Below, piece by piece: positions 18,642 to 28,656 of a stretch of DNA of 64,000 nt. A program made the translations under genes and the position numbers. The notes beneath the pieces are model-generated. The model was not told the origin of the DNA. It ran no database searches and worked only from the letters and a program-made list of their open reading frames with translations. This DNA comes from Candidatus Dojkabacteria bacterium (GTDB taxonomy: Bacteria; Patescibacteriota; Dojkabacteria; B142; OLB20), in assembly GCA_030583785.1 (NCBI GenBank), contig CP129475.1, forward strand, positions 159,559 through 223,558, in the 5' to 3' direction. Positions within the stretch are counted from its first letter, which is position 1. The number at the start of each line of letters is the position of its first letter.

Positions 18642-20174
18642 CTATTTTTTGCTATTCAAGAAATCTCGAAGGGTTTGCAGACGCTTTTTATGCTTTATTA
18701 TCTGAAGCAGGTCGCTTTCGCTTGCCTTCTTAATACCTTCGATACTTCCAAAAGCCCGTAGCAAATTCTTTTTAGTTATTGCACCGATTCCCGGAAGCAT
18801 ATCTAAATTTGATGCAAGCTGTCCTTTAGCCCGCAAGGCTCGATGATAAGTTATAGCAAATCTATGACTCTCGTCTCTTATCCTTTGAATTAGAAACTTG
18901 CCTTCGCTTCCTGCCTTCAGTGTTCTCTTCAGGAATGTTAATTCTCCATCTTTATCTACAGGAATAAAAATTTCTTCCATTCGTTTAGCCAGCCCAATTA
19001 CTGGAATGCTTATTCCTAGTTCTTGAAGTAAGTTAAAAGCAGTAGAGAGTTGGCCCTTGCCACCGTCTACAATTAGAAGATCAGGCATCCTAGAGAATGA
19101 ATCATCTTTGCTGCTTTGCTTCTTGAATCTTCTGGATAGAGCTTCTTTCATCATGGCAAAATCATCGGGTGTGTCCTTTGTTTGTATGCGAAACTTTCGG
19201 TACTTACCCTTATCTGCTTTGGCATCAATAAAAACTACCATCGAAGCGACCGCGTACTTACCTTGGATATTTGAGATGTCGAAACATTCGATTTTAAATC
19301 CCTTCTTGACTTGTATATCAAAAACATCAAGCTTAGAGGTAAGCTCTTGCATTGCCAGATTCAACTTTTGCTCTCTGGTCTTTCTGTACTCATTCTCGTC
19401 TGTGTTATCTCTAACTCTAATTCTTTGGGAAAGAATATCTAGGTCGCGGCTTTTATCGCGAAGTTCTGCAGCAAGTTCAAAATTATGCTCAGAGGCAGCC
19501 TTTTTCATTTCAGATTCAAGCTCCTGCTTAAGAGTTTCTTTGTCACTCAAGAAATAACTTTTTATTCTGCTGATGTTAGTTCTGTAATCCTTCTTCTGAA
19601 TCATTCCTGCACATGGAGCTTGGCATAGCCCTAGGTAGTAATATAAACAAGGTTTCGCATCAGACGAAGAGATCGAGCCGTCACTGTTTTGAACAATTTT
19701 GCGATTACATGTGCGGTAAGGATATATTCTGCGTAAACCGCTTAATATCCGTTTAACTGGCAGCGTATTTGGAAAAGGTCCAATATATTCTGCCGACCTT
19801 GAATCGACCTCTCGGACAACACGAAATGTTGGGAAGTCGGAACGGGTATCAATTTTGAGCCAGATATAATTCTTATCATCTTTCATTCGGCTGTTGTATT
19901 TTGGCCTGTATTTCTTGATCAAATTGGTTTCAAGAAGCAAGGCCTCAAGTTCAGAGTCCGTTGTAACAAACTCAATGGTGCTAATCTGCTTTACCATTCT
20001 TTGGATTTTTGTTTCTTGGCGCTCAAATCCATCGAAATAGGACTTTATTCTTTTCCTAATTATTTTAGCTTTACCAACATAAAGAACTGTACCGTGTTTA
20101 TCTCGGTAAATATAACAACCCGGACTAAAAGGGGAGTTCTTAACAATGTTTTGCAGCTCAACCGATGGATACAT
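18642..20174 (-). CDS. uvrC: excinuclease ABC subunit C (short form)
   Basis: GIY-YIG 'GCYIYRDKHGTVLYVGKAKIIRKRIKSYF'; UvrC endonuclease V-like and HhH C-terminus; 510 aa. Confidence 0.85.
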   Translation of the reverse strand: MYPSVELQNIVKNSPFSPGCYIYRDKHGTVLYVGKAKIIRKRIKSYFDGFERQETKIQRMVKQISTIEFVTTDSELEALLLETNLIKKYRPKYNSRMKDDKNYIWLKIDTRSDFPTFRVVREVDSRSAEYIGPFPNTLPVKRILSGLRRIYPYRTCNRKIVQNSDGSISSSDAKPCLYYYLGLCQAPCAGMIQKKDYRTNISRIKSYFLSDKETLKQELESEMKKAASEHNFELAAELRDKSRDLDILSQRIRVRDNTDENEYRKTREQKLNLAMQELTSKLDVFDIQVKKGFKIECFDISNIQGKYAVASMVVFIDAKADKGKYRKFRIQTKDTPDDFAMMKEALSRRFKKQSSKDDSFSRMPDLLIVDGGKGQLSTAFNLLQELGISIPVIGLAKRMEEIFIPVDKDGELTFLKRTLKAGSEGKFLIQRIRDESHRFAITYHRALRAKGQLASNLDMLPGIGAITKKNLLRAFGSIEGIKKASESDLLQIIKHKKRLQTLRDFLNSKK

Positions 20175-20377
20175 TATAGTTCTTCTTGTAAAGCTCTTCT
20201 GAATGTATCTAAGTCTTTGTCGTAGATAAAGATTCTTGTACAGTCACAGCTTACTACATTCGTTCCGTTAGCACGACTTTCCAGCAAATTAGCTTTATCA
20301 AGGCTTCTGGTACAAGCAGGGCAAAGCCTTCTTTGCAGAAGAACTTTTTGCATAGGAAGTATAAGTTTTTTAATCAT
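20174..20377 (-). CDS. small zinc-ribbon protein, hypothetical
   Basis: 67 aa with CPAC...CDC pattern; start-stop overlap with uvrC. Confidence 0.3.
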   Translation of the reverse strand: MIKKLILPMQKVLLQRRLCPACTRSLDKANLLESRANGTNVVSCDCTRIFIYDKDLDTFRRALQEEL

Positions 20378-20480
20378 CGATTGAAGTTTGAATTATTCTA
20401 GAAACAATCATAGCACAGATACTAAACTTTGCCCCAAGCACCACTTAGTTGTAGAATTATAGGAATTAAGTAAAAAACCC

Positions 20481-21596
20481 ATGCTTATTAATAATACTGA
20501 TGTTTTTGGAATTGCCACCTTGGCAATTGTGAGCCTATTACTATCAGGAGTATTTGCCTTTCCAATAATCAACTTGCTGTATAAACTTAAAATTCTTAGA
20601 CATTTTGATGTTGATTTTTCTGCACTAATAGAAAGTAGAAAACAGAAAATCGGAACTCCAATAATGGGAGGACTTATCTTTATTTTGCCGGTGCTAATTA
20701 TCAATGCGATCTTAAACTGGAATAGCCTTACTGCTGTTCCTTTATTAATATTTGCATCAGCGGCCTTGCTCGGAGCACTCGACGATATTCTTAACATCTT
20801 CGGAAGAGCCAGAAAAATACGTAGTATTAAGAGAACGCTTAAACTGATTACCGTTCATAAAAGCATCTTGGTTCGACTTAAACTGCTGCTTGTATTTCCT
20901 TGGAATCTATACAGCCGAGCAGTTCATGTCTTCGAATCAAATCCGGGTAAGGGCTTATTTGGCCACGAAAAACTATTGATTCAGATCATTCTTGGAGCTT
21001 TGCTAGGCTATTGGATGTATAGTAATTTACCAATTGCAGGCAATTTATGGATTCCATTTGGTCTTACAATTGACCTCGGAATTCTTATTATTCCATTCGC
21101 AATTATTGCCATGATCGGCATGATTAATGCAGTTAATATTTCAGACGGACTCGATGGATTATCTGCAGGCATGCTCACTCCTGCTTTTGCCGGATTACTG
21201 GCAATTGCAGTTATTGAAGGCAACGAACCAATTGCAATACTGTGTGCAAGCATAGTGGGTGCTCTGATTACATATCTTTACTTTAACATTCCTCCCGCAA
21301 GAGTGCAGATGGGAGACACAGGATCTTTCGCTGCCGGAGCATTGCTTACTGCAATTGCCTTTGCCTTGGGTAAACCACTGCTGCTGTTAATTATTGGACT
21401 CCCATTTGTTGTTGAATTTATGAGTACATTTTTACAAAGCATCTTCCGTAGACTTCTCGGAAGAAGATTGTTACTTATGGCACCACTTCATCATCATCTT
21501 GAAATGCTTGGCTGGGGTGAAGAAAAGGTTGTAATGCGTTTTTGGCTGTTTGCTTTAGCCAGCGCAGTATTTGCAGTATGGATTTACTTTATCTAA
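20481..21596 (+). CDS. mraY: phospho-N-acetylmuramoyl-pentapeptide transferase
   Basis: 'NAVNISDGLDGLSAG' and 'MGDTGSFAAGALL' MraY/GT4 motifs; multi-TM; 371 aa. Confidence 0.8.
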   Translation: MLINNTDVFGIATLAIVSLLLSGVFAFPIINLLYKLKILRHFDVDFSALIESRKQKIGTPIMGGLIFILPVLIINAILNWNSLTAVPLLIFASAALLGALDDILNIFGRARKIRSIKRTLKLITVHKSILVRLKLLLVFPWNLYSRAVHVFESNPGKGLFGHEKLLIQIILGALLGYWMYSNLPIAGNLWIPFGLTIDLGILIIPFAIIAMIGMINAVNISDGLDGLSAGMLTPAFAGLLAIAVIEGNEPIAILCASIVGALITYLYFNIPPARVQMGDTGSFAAGALLTAIAFALGKPLLLLIIGLPFVVEFMSTFLQSIFRRLLGRRLLLMAPLHHHLEMLGWGEEKVVMRFWLFALASAVFAVWIYFI

Positions 21597-21659
21597 ATTA
21601 CTTGCCTTCCTTTTGTAACAAGGCTAGACTAAAGATTATATTAATTATTTATTTTTATT

Positions 21660-22445
21660 ATGACAGAGCAACCAATGCAACCGCTAGCTTCTGATGAACC
21701 AGCAGAAGTTTCAGCACCTGCAACAACCACTAAAATGGCAGCTCCATTGTTTCCCAAATTACTGCTGTCATTTGCCTTAGGTGGAATTATCGTCGGTGTC
21801 ATCGTAGCCGTTTTGCTTTCTATGGGTGTTAACGACAAAAAAGTAGATGACTCTAAAGATCAAGCCCAAGAAGAAACGACTGACGAACCTGAAGTTGAAG
21901 CTACACCTTCACAAACACCAACACCAACTATGGCTAACCTAATTCGACAAAACGAAGGAACTAGTGTTAAAGCAGACACAAACTTCGCATCTTTCTATAC
22001 CAATATGTTTGAAGATGCTGATTTTTTTATTAACGGTCAAAAATACGGATTTAGATATCCTAACTATATGGAAGTCAAGTCAACAAACAGAGATAGGACA
22101 GAGTTTGGTGGAGTTGCTGATAAAGAAACCCTTGGATCTATTCTCGCTTATGTATATGATATGTCGGATGATTATAATAGAACCAATCAACCTGTATGCT
22201 CATACGGAACAAGTAGCGAGTACGAAAAGAATCGAATTCTAATTGACACCATAAAACAAAACAACCAACCTGTTGATTATGTTGTATGTTCATATTATGC
22301 AGACGAATTTGCATGCGGTGAGGAATATGTCGCATATTACGACGATGGAAGAAGATTCACAGCTTACGCTCCTTGCGACAAAAGAGATACAGCTAAAATT
22401 GAGTTTGAGCACTTCTTAAGAGCTGTCGGTTTTGATCAGTATTAG
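21660..22445 (+). CDS. membrane-anchored hypothetical protein
   Basis: Single N-terminal TM 'LLLSFALGGIIVGVIVAVLLSM', acidic linker, C-terminal domain with 6 Cys; no recognisable family. Confidence 0.4.
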   Translation: MTEQPMQPLASDEPAEVSAPATTTKMAAPLFPKLLLSFALGGIIVGVIVAVLLSMGVNDKKVDDSKDQAQEETTDEPEVEATPSQTPTPTMANLIRQNEGTSVKADTNFASFYTNMFEDADFFINGQKYGFRYPNYMEVKSTNRDRTEFGGVADKETLGSILAYVYDMSDDYNRTNQPVCSYGTSSEYEKNRILIDTIKQNNQPVDYVVCSYYADEFACGEEYVAYYDDGRRFTAYAPCDKRDTAKIEFEHFLRAVGFDQY

Positions 22446-22469
22446 AAAATAGGATTAGATCAATCAAAA

Positions 22470-22493
22470 GGGGGGCTGATATAGCCCCTCTTT
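22470..22493 (+). terminator. intrinsic terminator after the 21660-22445 gene
   Basis: GGGGGGCT-GATAT-AGCCCCTC hairpin followed by TTT. Confidence 0.5.
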
Positions 22494-22498
22494 AGTAC

Positions 22499-22527
22499 TT
22501 GTTAAATTTGCGTTTCTGCAATATAAT
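22499..22527 (+). promoter_or_regulatory. sigma70-type promoter for tRNA-Phe
   Basis: TTGTTA-N17-TATAAT located about 20 nt upstream of the tRNA 5' end. Confidence 0.45.
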
Positions 22528-22547
22528 TTACACGCATCAACGCAAAT

Positions 22548-22620
22548 GCCGAGGTAGCTCAGTTGGTAGAGCACGCGCCTGAAGAGCGCGGTGTCGACGG
22601 TTCAAGCCCGTCCCTCGGCA
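22548..22620 (+). tRNA. tRNA-Phe (anticodon GAA)
   Basis: Acceptor GCCGAGG/CCTCGGC, anticodon stem CGCGC/GCGCG with loop CTGAAGA, T-arm GACGGTTCAAGCCCGTC; CCA not encoded. Confidence 0.85.
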
Positions 22621-22688
22621 CATTCTTGACTTCTGTTATTCACTATAATAATATCCCCAAAAGTAAACTTCAATTCGTATTAATTTGG

Positions 22689-23177
22689 ATGGAGTTAGAT
22701 CTTAATCATCTAAAGACACTCTCATTTACAGTTCTCAAAGGAATAGCATTATATGCTGCCGCGAACGCTTTAACAGCAGGCTTCACATTAGAGTGCAGAC
22801 ATACAATTCGCAAAAGAGCTGGAGGGGTTTCAGAATTGTCAGGTAATCCATATCTACCAATAGAGGCATCTCATATTAATCACTCTAGAAAGAATCATTT
22901 TTATGGTAAGCCTTATAATGGAATTGCACTTACACCTTTTGAACACCTTATCTACCACGAACAATTCATCGAAAATCCATTCGCAATTGGTTTAAATGAC
23001 GCACAGAACGATATGGCAATACGAAGGTTGCAACATACCTGTAGAGAATTAAATAAACAAAGAGGGATACCTAAAATGACTTATGAGCAAAGACAGGTTA
23101 TTGCAGATCAATTGATTGTGCTTGTGACAAATATCTGCTCAGATAACGGTATGGTCTGTCCATACGACCAACTGTAA
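22689..23177 (+). CDS. hypothetical protein (ORF trimmed to ATG downstream of tRNA-Phe)
   Basis: Track ORF 22563 overlaps the tRNA; first ATG clear of the tRNA is 22689 ('MELDLNHLKT...'); His-rich segment 'ASHINHSRKNH' of unclear significance. Confidence 0.3.
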   Translation: MELDLNHLKTLSFTVLKGIALYAAANALTAGFTLECRHTIRKRAGGVSELSGNPYLPIEASHINHSRKNHFYGKPYNGIALTPFEHLIYHEQFIENPFAIGLNDAQNDMAIRRLQHTCRELNKQRGIPKMTYEQRQVIADQLIVLVTNICSDNGMVCPYDQL

Positions 23178-23186
23178 GCATGATTG

Positions 23187-23636
23187 TTACGATTTTTTTC
23201 TATTTAGGTGCCTGCTAATTAACAAGAGTACAATTATCGTAGCGAAGGCGACAAAAGACATTAAAGGAATTGTGATGAATCCTAGAAAGATGACTTGAGC
23301 TTCTCCACAAGGATTGTTTGGATCACAAGGGATAAGTGGATTATTAATTCCCTGCATATACTGCAGTTGATAGATATAGTGGTAGAGTGCAATTAATGCA
23401 CCAATTAATGAAAGCACAAATATGTAATACTTTGATGCTCTTGTATCTTTAATGAAATGGGCAACCAGCGTAATAATTGCAATCGGGTACATTAATGCCC
23501 TTTGATACCAGCATAGATCGCAAGGAGGAAGTTTTACAATTTCGCTGAAAACTAGACTACCTAGCGTTGCCACCCATGAAATAACTAGAACTATATATAA
23601 AACATTGTTTTTTAAGAAGATTGTTAGTTTAGTCAT
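23187..23636 (-). CDS. disulfide bond formation protein B family (DsbB/BdbC)
   Basis: 4 TM helices, first periplasmic loop 'LPPCDLCWYQRALMYP' (C-x2-C-x2-QR), second Cys pair 'PCDPNNPCGE'. Confidence 0.65.
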   Translation of the reverse strand: MTKLTIFLKNNVLYIVLVISWVATLGSLVFSEIVKLPPCDLCWYQRALMYPIAIITLVAHFIKDTRASKYYIFVLSLIGALIALYHYIYQLQYMQGINNPLIPCDPNNPCGEAQVIFLGFITIPLMSFVAFATIIVLLLISRHLNRKKS

Positions 23637-23712
23637 AAAGAATAATTCGATAATATAGAAATCGTAATTGTTATAGTATACACTATTCTTAACTTTTCAA
23701 ACTGCATGAATT

Positions 23713-24462
23713 ATGAAGCATAAACTAATTCTACTTGGCTTGCCTCTTTTTGCAATAGTCCTTTTTTTCGTAGTATTGTTAATATTATTTCGTGATCATC
23801 CTGTCGAAAGTGTTCGTATTTCAGATCTCACAGATACCTCTGTAACAATTAGCTGGACAACAGTTAACGAACAGTTGGCTGCAGTCGAATATTACCAAGA
23901 AGGCAACAACGAAGTTATGACAGCTTTTGATACAAGAGATCTAGTTAAAAATAGCTCAGGACAATACGAATTGAGCGAACAAGGTAGGGCAACAAGAAAT
24001 ATTCATTATGTTGTAATTAGAAACCTTAATCCAGATACAACTTACACTTTTAGTATAAAAAATGCCGGTAATTTTAACGAGCAAACAATCAAGACCTATC
24101 CTACTTTGGCAAGCGTTAATTCACCAATGCCAATCTATGGCAAGGTAGTTAACTATATGGCAGATTCTCCAAATCCAAATGACGGTGTTATTTTTTACCG
24201 TATCCACGCCAAAGCAGATGATTCTCCTTTAACAAATTACTATTCTTCCTTAATATCAGCAGATTCTACCTGGAGCGGAGATCTAAGTAACCTTAGAGAC
24301 AATTCAGGGGCAGTTCTTAAAGTCAACGAAGAGACACATATTCTTGATGTAGAAGTCACCTCAGACACAGGGAAGGGTTGGCAACAACTGAATTTAATTG
24401 AAAGACTTCCAGCGGAAGATATTCTAGTTAATATTAGATACATCACAGATGAAACAAACTAG
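23713..24462 (+). CDS. membrane-anchored FN3-like domain protein
   Basis: N-terminal TM; 'VRISDLTDTSVTISWTT...YTFSIKN' fibronectin type III-like pattern. Confidence 0.4.
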   Translation: MKHKLILLGLPLFAIVLFFVVLLILFRDHPVESVRISDLTDTSVTISWTTVNEQLAAVEYYQEGNNEVMTAFDTRDLVKNSSGQYELSEQGRATRNIHYVVIRNLNPDTTYTFSIKNAGNFNEQTIKTYPTLASVNSPMPIYGKVVNYMADSPNPNDGVIFYRIHAKADDSPLTNYYSSLISADSTWSGDLSNLRDNSGAVLKVNEETHILDVEVTSDTGKGWQQLNLIERLPAEDILVNIRYITDETN

Positions 24463-26539
24463 CAAATACTTTGCTTTAATTCTGCTTACCGTAACTTTTT
24501 CCTTTATCGGTGCGGCAGTATATGCATCGAATGTCTTTGCCAAAACCGAGATTGACGCTAACGGAATACCCAGATGTTTAAGTCCTTACGAAGAAGCATG
24601 CGGTAGCAATTGCAAAAGGAATGTTACCTGCGGACCTAATGGTGAATTTCGTGTATCAGCCTGCAACTGTCAGGCACAAAACCAGCCTACCTGCCCAGTA
24701 GCTACTATCTGGGATGGCTCTGTATGCAAAGGTACTGCCAAGGGTACAAATGACGAGACAAAAGATACAACCCCATCATCTGGTGGTGGAGAAAAGGTTG
24801 CCAATAAAGAAAAGAAGCCAGCTGATCCAAAAACCAGACAAGAGGCTAATAAAGTAACAGTTGGAGGAAGCAGTGGCGGTGGAGGACAACAACCCGGCTC
24901 AGCAACCCCAACACCGACAGTGACAGTTAATCCAATCTGCTTAAGGACCAAAGATGAATGCTTGAGAGAAAACGGAGGTGCATGGTGTGGAATAATTGGT
25001 GATGTCACAATCAACCGTTGTTTCCCATTAGAATTAGCACAAACTGTTAATTGTACCCCCTCAAGTCAACCTTTAGAAACGGCTTCACGAATCTACGAAG
25101 CATGTGGTGTATCTAATGCTCCAATAGATACAAATATAAATGCAGCACTTTGTAGGAATGTAACAAATACATATTGTATGGGGACACTCGAAGGTGTAAA
25201 AAAACTATTAAGTGATGATCTTAAAAATAGAATCAATGCATCAGTAATTGTAAATAGTATTGGTGAAGGTGTCTGTATTATTTCTTTTGATAATTCCCCA
25301 TTCGGAAATCTTCCAATTGGGAAATGCACAGATAATGGAATATCGTTATCAGAGGATACATATGGTCAGCAGAGTAGCTTAGAGGAGGTTTGGAATAGTA
25401 TTAAAGATCTGATCATTCAAGCTGATGCGAATAATACTCGTAAACTGAATGTTCCTCTAGATGCGTCTGCTACAGAGGCTGAATCAGATGATACAACGAG
25501 TAATACATGCGATTTCGATTGCAATTCATGGTGTATCAATGAGCATATTACTTCAACTAAGTCTAACCCTGGCAACTCGCCTATAGTTTGTATCTATAAA
25601 AATAATAATACTCAAGAGGAATCTTCAATTTACATTACCTGTGACTCATCATTCCCAGGCGCTCACATTGTGAAAGATACGAATGGTCAGACGGTGACAA
25701 GTAGTGAACAATTTTGTCCTTATACTCCTGGGTCGGTTGGGTTACTAAATCAATTACAACTCGTCAAATCAGTCAAGGCACAATCAGTCCCAGAAGTTAT
25801 TGATCCAAACGACCTTGAAGCTGGAGTTTATATCATCGAGATCGAGGGCTATAAAACTGCTACAGTTCAAGTTTTTGCAGATAACATGACGCTTGAATTC
25901 TTCAATGATCTCAATGGAGACGGTATAAGGCAAGATAACGAGCCGTTACTTAAGCCAGAGCTTACAACTATCAAGATCGAAAAAGTCAGCTCGATTACAC
26001 TAATTGATTTTACAGAAGGCTGGAATTTAATCTCTCTAAATACTGTGTCCAATACTATGGCTAATGCTTCTGATCTGCACACAACAATCAATAATCAAGG
26101 CATTGTTGTTTATCAGATTAGCAAGTACGACAGCGGCAAATGGATTCACTATGTTTCTCGAATAAATGAGGCTGGCGAAAGAGTAGAATATGGTCAGGAC
26201 TTCCCGCTCATACCCGGAGAAGGGTATTTTGTACGAGCAATTAACGAAGGAACAGTCAGCCTAGAGGGTCAGAAAATTGATGATAATGTAGCATTTACGC
26301 TAGAAAATGGCTGGAACCTAGTTGGTATTCAATCTAAAGAAAAATACACAGCTTATGGAGTGCTAAACAGATGTTCTGCACAGTCAATTCAATGTTCCAC
26401 AATAAGTCGCTACAGAAATGGTGCTTACCAAAGCGTCGTATTCGAGAACAATATGACTTTTGGTCAAGACTATGATATTGAAAGCACGAGTGGCTACTTT
26501 ATCAAGAATCAAGGCGCAAAGGGAGAATTTAAGCCATAA
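24449..26539 (+). CDS. large secreted Cys-rich protein with Gly/Ser/Thr/Pro linker
   Basis: Signal/TM 'YFALILLTVTFSFIGAAVYA'; more than 30 Cys in 696 aa; low-complexity 'GGSSGGGGQQPGSATPTPTVTV'; no family recognised. Confidence 0.45.
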   Translation: MKQTSKYFALILLTVTFSFIGAAVYASNVFAKTEIDANGIPRCLSPYEEACGSNCKRNVTCGPNGEFRVSACNCQAQNQPTCPVATIWDGSVCKGTAKGTNDETKDTTPSSGGGEKVANKEKKPADPKTRQEANKVTVGGSSGGGGQQPGSATPTPTVTVNPICLRTKDECLRENGGAWCGIIGDVTINRCFPLELAQTVNCTPSSQPLETASRIYEACGVSNAPIDTNINAALCRNVTNTYCMGTLEGVKKLLSDDLKNRINASVIVNSIGEGVCIISFDNSPFGNLPIGKCTDNGISLSEDTYGQQSSLEEVWNSIKDLIIQADANNTRKLNVPLDASATEAESDDTTSNTCDFDCNSWCINEHITSTKSNPGNSPIVCIYKNNNTQEESSIYITCDSSFPGAHIVKDTNGQTVTSSEQFCPYTPGSVGLLNQLQLVKSVKAQSVPEVIDPNDLEAGVYIIEIEGYKTATVQVFADNMTLEFFNDLNGDGIRQDNEPLLKPELTTIKIEKVSSITLIDFTEGWNLISLNTVSNTMANASDLHTTINNQGIVVYQISKYDSGKWIHYVSRINEAGERVEYGQDFPLIPGEGYFVRAINEGTVSLEGQKIDDNVAFTLENGWNLVGIQSKEKYTAYGVLNRCSAQSIQCSTISRYRNGAYQSVVFENNMTFGQDYDIESTSGYFIKNQGAKGEFKP

Positions 26540-26589
26540 GTCTGCACAATTTTAAAGAAAACTGGTACAATTGAGCTCAACTCATATTG

Positions 26590-26666
26590 GGGCAGCTAGC
26601 TCAACTGGTTAGAGCAATTCGTTTACACCGAATAGGCTAGGGGTTCGAGTCCCTTGCTGCCCACCA
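26590..26666 (+). tRNA. tRNA-Val (anticodon TAC)
   Basis: Acceptor GGGCAGC/GCTGCCC, anticodon stem ATTCG/CGAAT with loop TTTACAC, TTCGAGT T-loop, encoded CCA. Confidence 0.85.
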
Positions 26667-26762
26667 ATTGTTTTCCAACCTCTGGTAATTATCTCAACCC
26701 AGCACAATATTCTGTTTTCTAAATTCTCCAATGATAAAATCATTAACATCATTTGAATCACA

Positions 26763-27155
26763 ATGGAGATTATTGGAAACCAAAACCGAATTATAAGTCA
26801 CGAAGTTTCAACCGATCCGGTCGAGAGATTAGCTATAGAAGTAGCTATAGAGCAGGGTCTAATAGTTTACGAAGCGCCAATGATCAAAATTGTTCGCGAA
26901 AAGTTGAGAAAGGGTGACAAAAGGTCAACAGTTCCAGATTTGCTCGTTCTGTGTTCTACCGATGATCCTGGAATATTTGTAGAAGTTACTATTCGTAATG
27001 CTAAAGCAGCAAGAAAAAACCGTCAAGAAGCTGTTATGAGAGAAGCTGGATTGATCAATAGATATGCACAAGTAGATGCTTCAGATATTACTCAAGCTAA
27101 AGAAGAGGGTTTTTACAATATGCTACTCCGCAAAATCCTAGAGCGAGATTCATAA
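26763..27155 (+). CDS. hypothetical protein (possible PD-(D/E)xK-like 'VPDLLVL...FVEVT' motif)
   Basis: 130 aa; first gene after tRNA-Val; motif resemblance only. Confidence 0.3.
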   Translation: MEIIGNQNRIISHEVSTDPVERLAIEVAIEQGLIVYEAPMIKIVREKLRKGDKRSTVPDLLVLCSTDDPGIFVEVTIRNAKAARKNRQEAVMREAGLINRYAQVDASDITQAKEEGFYNMLLRKILERDS

Positions 27156-27199
27156 AAACCAACTTACTATGCTATACTTATATATAGCATATATATACT

Positions 27200-27922
27200 A
27201 TGTTGAGAAAATATATACCTCCCGAAGGCGAATCTAGGTCTAGATGGTGGCCATCAAATGTGCCAATTATCGAGAGAAATGAACTTTATACATATACTGG
27301 CATATCTCCTACAGACGAGTATACCTTAAATAAGCATGACTATTACAATCTAAATTTCACTCAACCATATCCTTATGATATAGATAGCCCTTACTGTAGT
27401 GGCGCTGAAGGAATTATTGGCTGGAGAGGCATTCTCGAGCCTAATCCGACTCGATCAAACCTGTCCATCAGTCGGTCTGAAGCTGGAATATTAATATTTG
27501 AATCACATAGACAGCCGTTCCCAAGTATTTTTCCAGAAGCAGACAATAGAAGACCGATAATTCATAAAAGGAGCTTCCATAACAAACACGGCGCACTAGT
27601 AACAAGTAACCCTACAGGGCTTGTTCATATTCCACACGGGCATATACTTCCAAGTGGATTATATATAACTTCACCGAAGTTTCAATTATTAGTTCGAGAC
27701 GAATTCGGATTACTTACACCAATCTATAACATAGGTCTGCCAGAAGACGAAAAACGACAGTCTTATGTGCTTCTTATTAGAAAAGCTCAAAATCTTTCAC
27801 CAGAAATTGTGCCTGCTATTGAAAAACTTCTAGAAGTTCCCAAGCTCGAATTCAAAGATGTACTTCTTGGATATGCTAAACGCCTAATGCTAACTTATGA
27901 GTTCTGGCGAAAAACATCATAG
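27200..27922 (+). CDS. uncharacterised protein, paralog A of an undescribed family
   Basis: Shares 'PYC..AE.G..GW', 'I..IFE', '(K/H)(H/K)R...G...T.NPTG', 'LY..Y(I/L)TSP' blocks with the ORF at 28657-29352. Confidence 0.4.
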   Translation: MLRKYIPPEGESRSRWWPSNVPIIERNELYTYTGISPTDEYTLNKHDYYNLNFTQPYPYDIDSPYCSGAEGIIGWRGILEPNPTRSNLSISRSEAGILIFESHRQPFPSIFPEADNRRPIIHKRSFHNKHGALVTSNPTGLVHIPHGHILPSGLYITSPKFQLLVRDEFGLLTPIYNIGLPEDEKRQSYVLLIRKAQNLSPEIVPAIEKLLEVPKLEFKDVLLGYAKRLMLTYEFWRKTS

Positions 27923-27964
27923 CTATTGCACTTTAGCAAGTCGGTATAGAAATAAGTATAGGTA

Positions 27965-28291
27965 CTATGGTTCTTGCTTATCAACAAAAATTCTTACTTC
28001 TGGATAATTTCTCACAGGTATTGAAATGCGATCAGCAGTGAACTCTATCCCTACAGGGCATTTTATTTCTTTAGAGCCGGGTCTTTTATCTTCTGGAGCA
28101 TCATCATGCAGACCGAGATCCAGGATCACTCCAGCAACAGATAGAAATCCATCTTCTAAGCAGAATGCACAAGAGCCAGCTAACTGGAATGTGCATTCTT
28201 CTGGACAATAATCACGCTTTGTACCTTCATTTAGTTTAACGGTCTTATCATCAATCTCAACAACAGGCACAACAGAGTATACAGTCTCCAT
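27965..28291 (-). CDS. small Cys-rich hypothetical protein (C-x3-C-x7-C-x2-C)
   Basis: 'CPEECTFQLAGSCAFC' cluster; 108 aa. Confidence 0.3.
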   Translation of the reverse strand: METVYSVVPVVEIDDKTVKLNEGTKRDYCPEECTFQLAGSCAFCLEDGFLSVAGVILDLGLHDDAPEDKRPGSKEIKCPVGIEFTADRISIPVRNYPEVRIFVDKQEP

Positions 28292-28656
28292 TTTTAAATT
28301 AATTAAGACTATGAGAGTATAGCATACTCATTCCCTAAGCCTTGCAATGAATTTTACAAATTGTTGCTCAAATCCGGGGATTTCATTTGTTTTAAGCGCT
28401 ATTTCGATTGCTGTAAACATTGACTCAACCATGGTTTGATCATACATCAAACCAAACCACATCCTAGCATAATCATCGTATTCGCAACTGGCCCTTAGCC
28501 TGCTAACACCATCAATATACTGAATAGTAATCTTAGCCATGACTTTAACCTTTCTGGTTAAAATATAAAATACATCTTTGTGGCTAAGATGGAATAAACT
28601 AGTATATCACGGAGATAAGGATTTTTTGATAGGACAGCAATATATTATAATTACAT

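Noticed and set aside
22563-22688. 5' extension of ORF 22563-23177
   Set aside because: It overlaps tRNA-Phe on the same strand. The call was trimmed to ATG 22689.
16173-26700. Integrase/prophage at the tRNA-Thr, tRNA-Phe or tRNA-Val loci
   Set aside because: No integrase, recombinase, capsid/terminase-like ORFs, or duplicated tRNA 3' ends were recognised next to any of the tRNAs. The tRNA-Val island is reported as accessory, but not as a mobile element.
27156-27199. Palindrome TATGCTATA-N6-TATAGCATA upstream of ORF 27200
   Set aside because: A 9-bp inverted repeat in a very AT-rich spacer. It could be an operator, but is indistinguishable from chance without comparative data.
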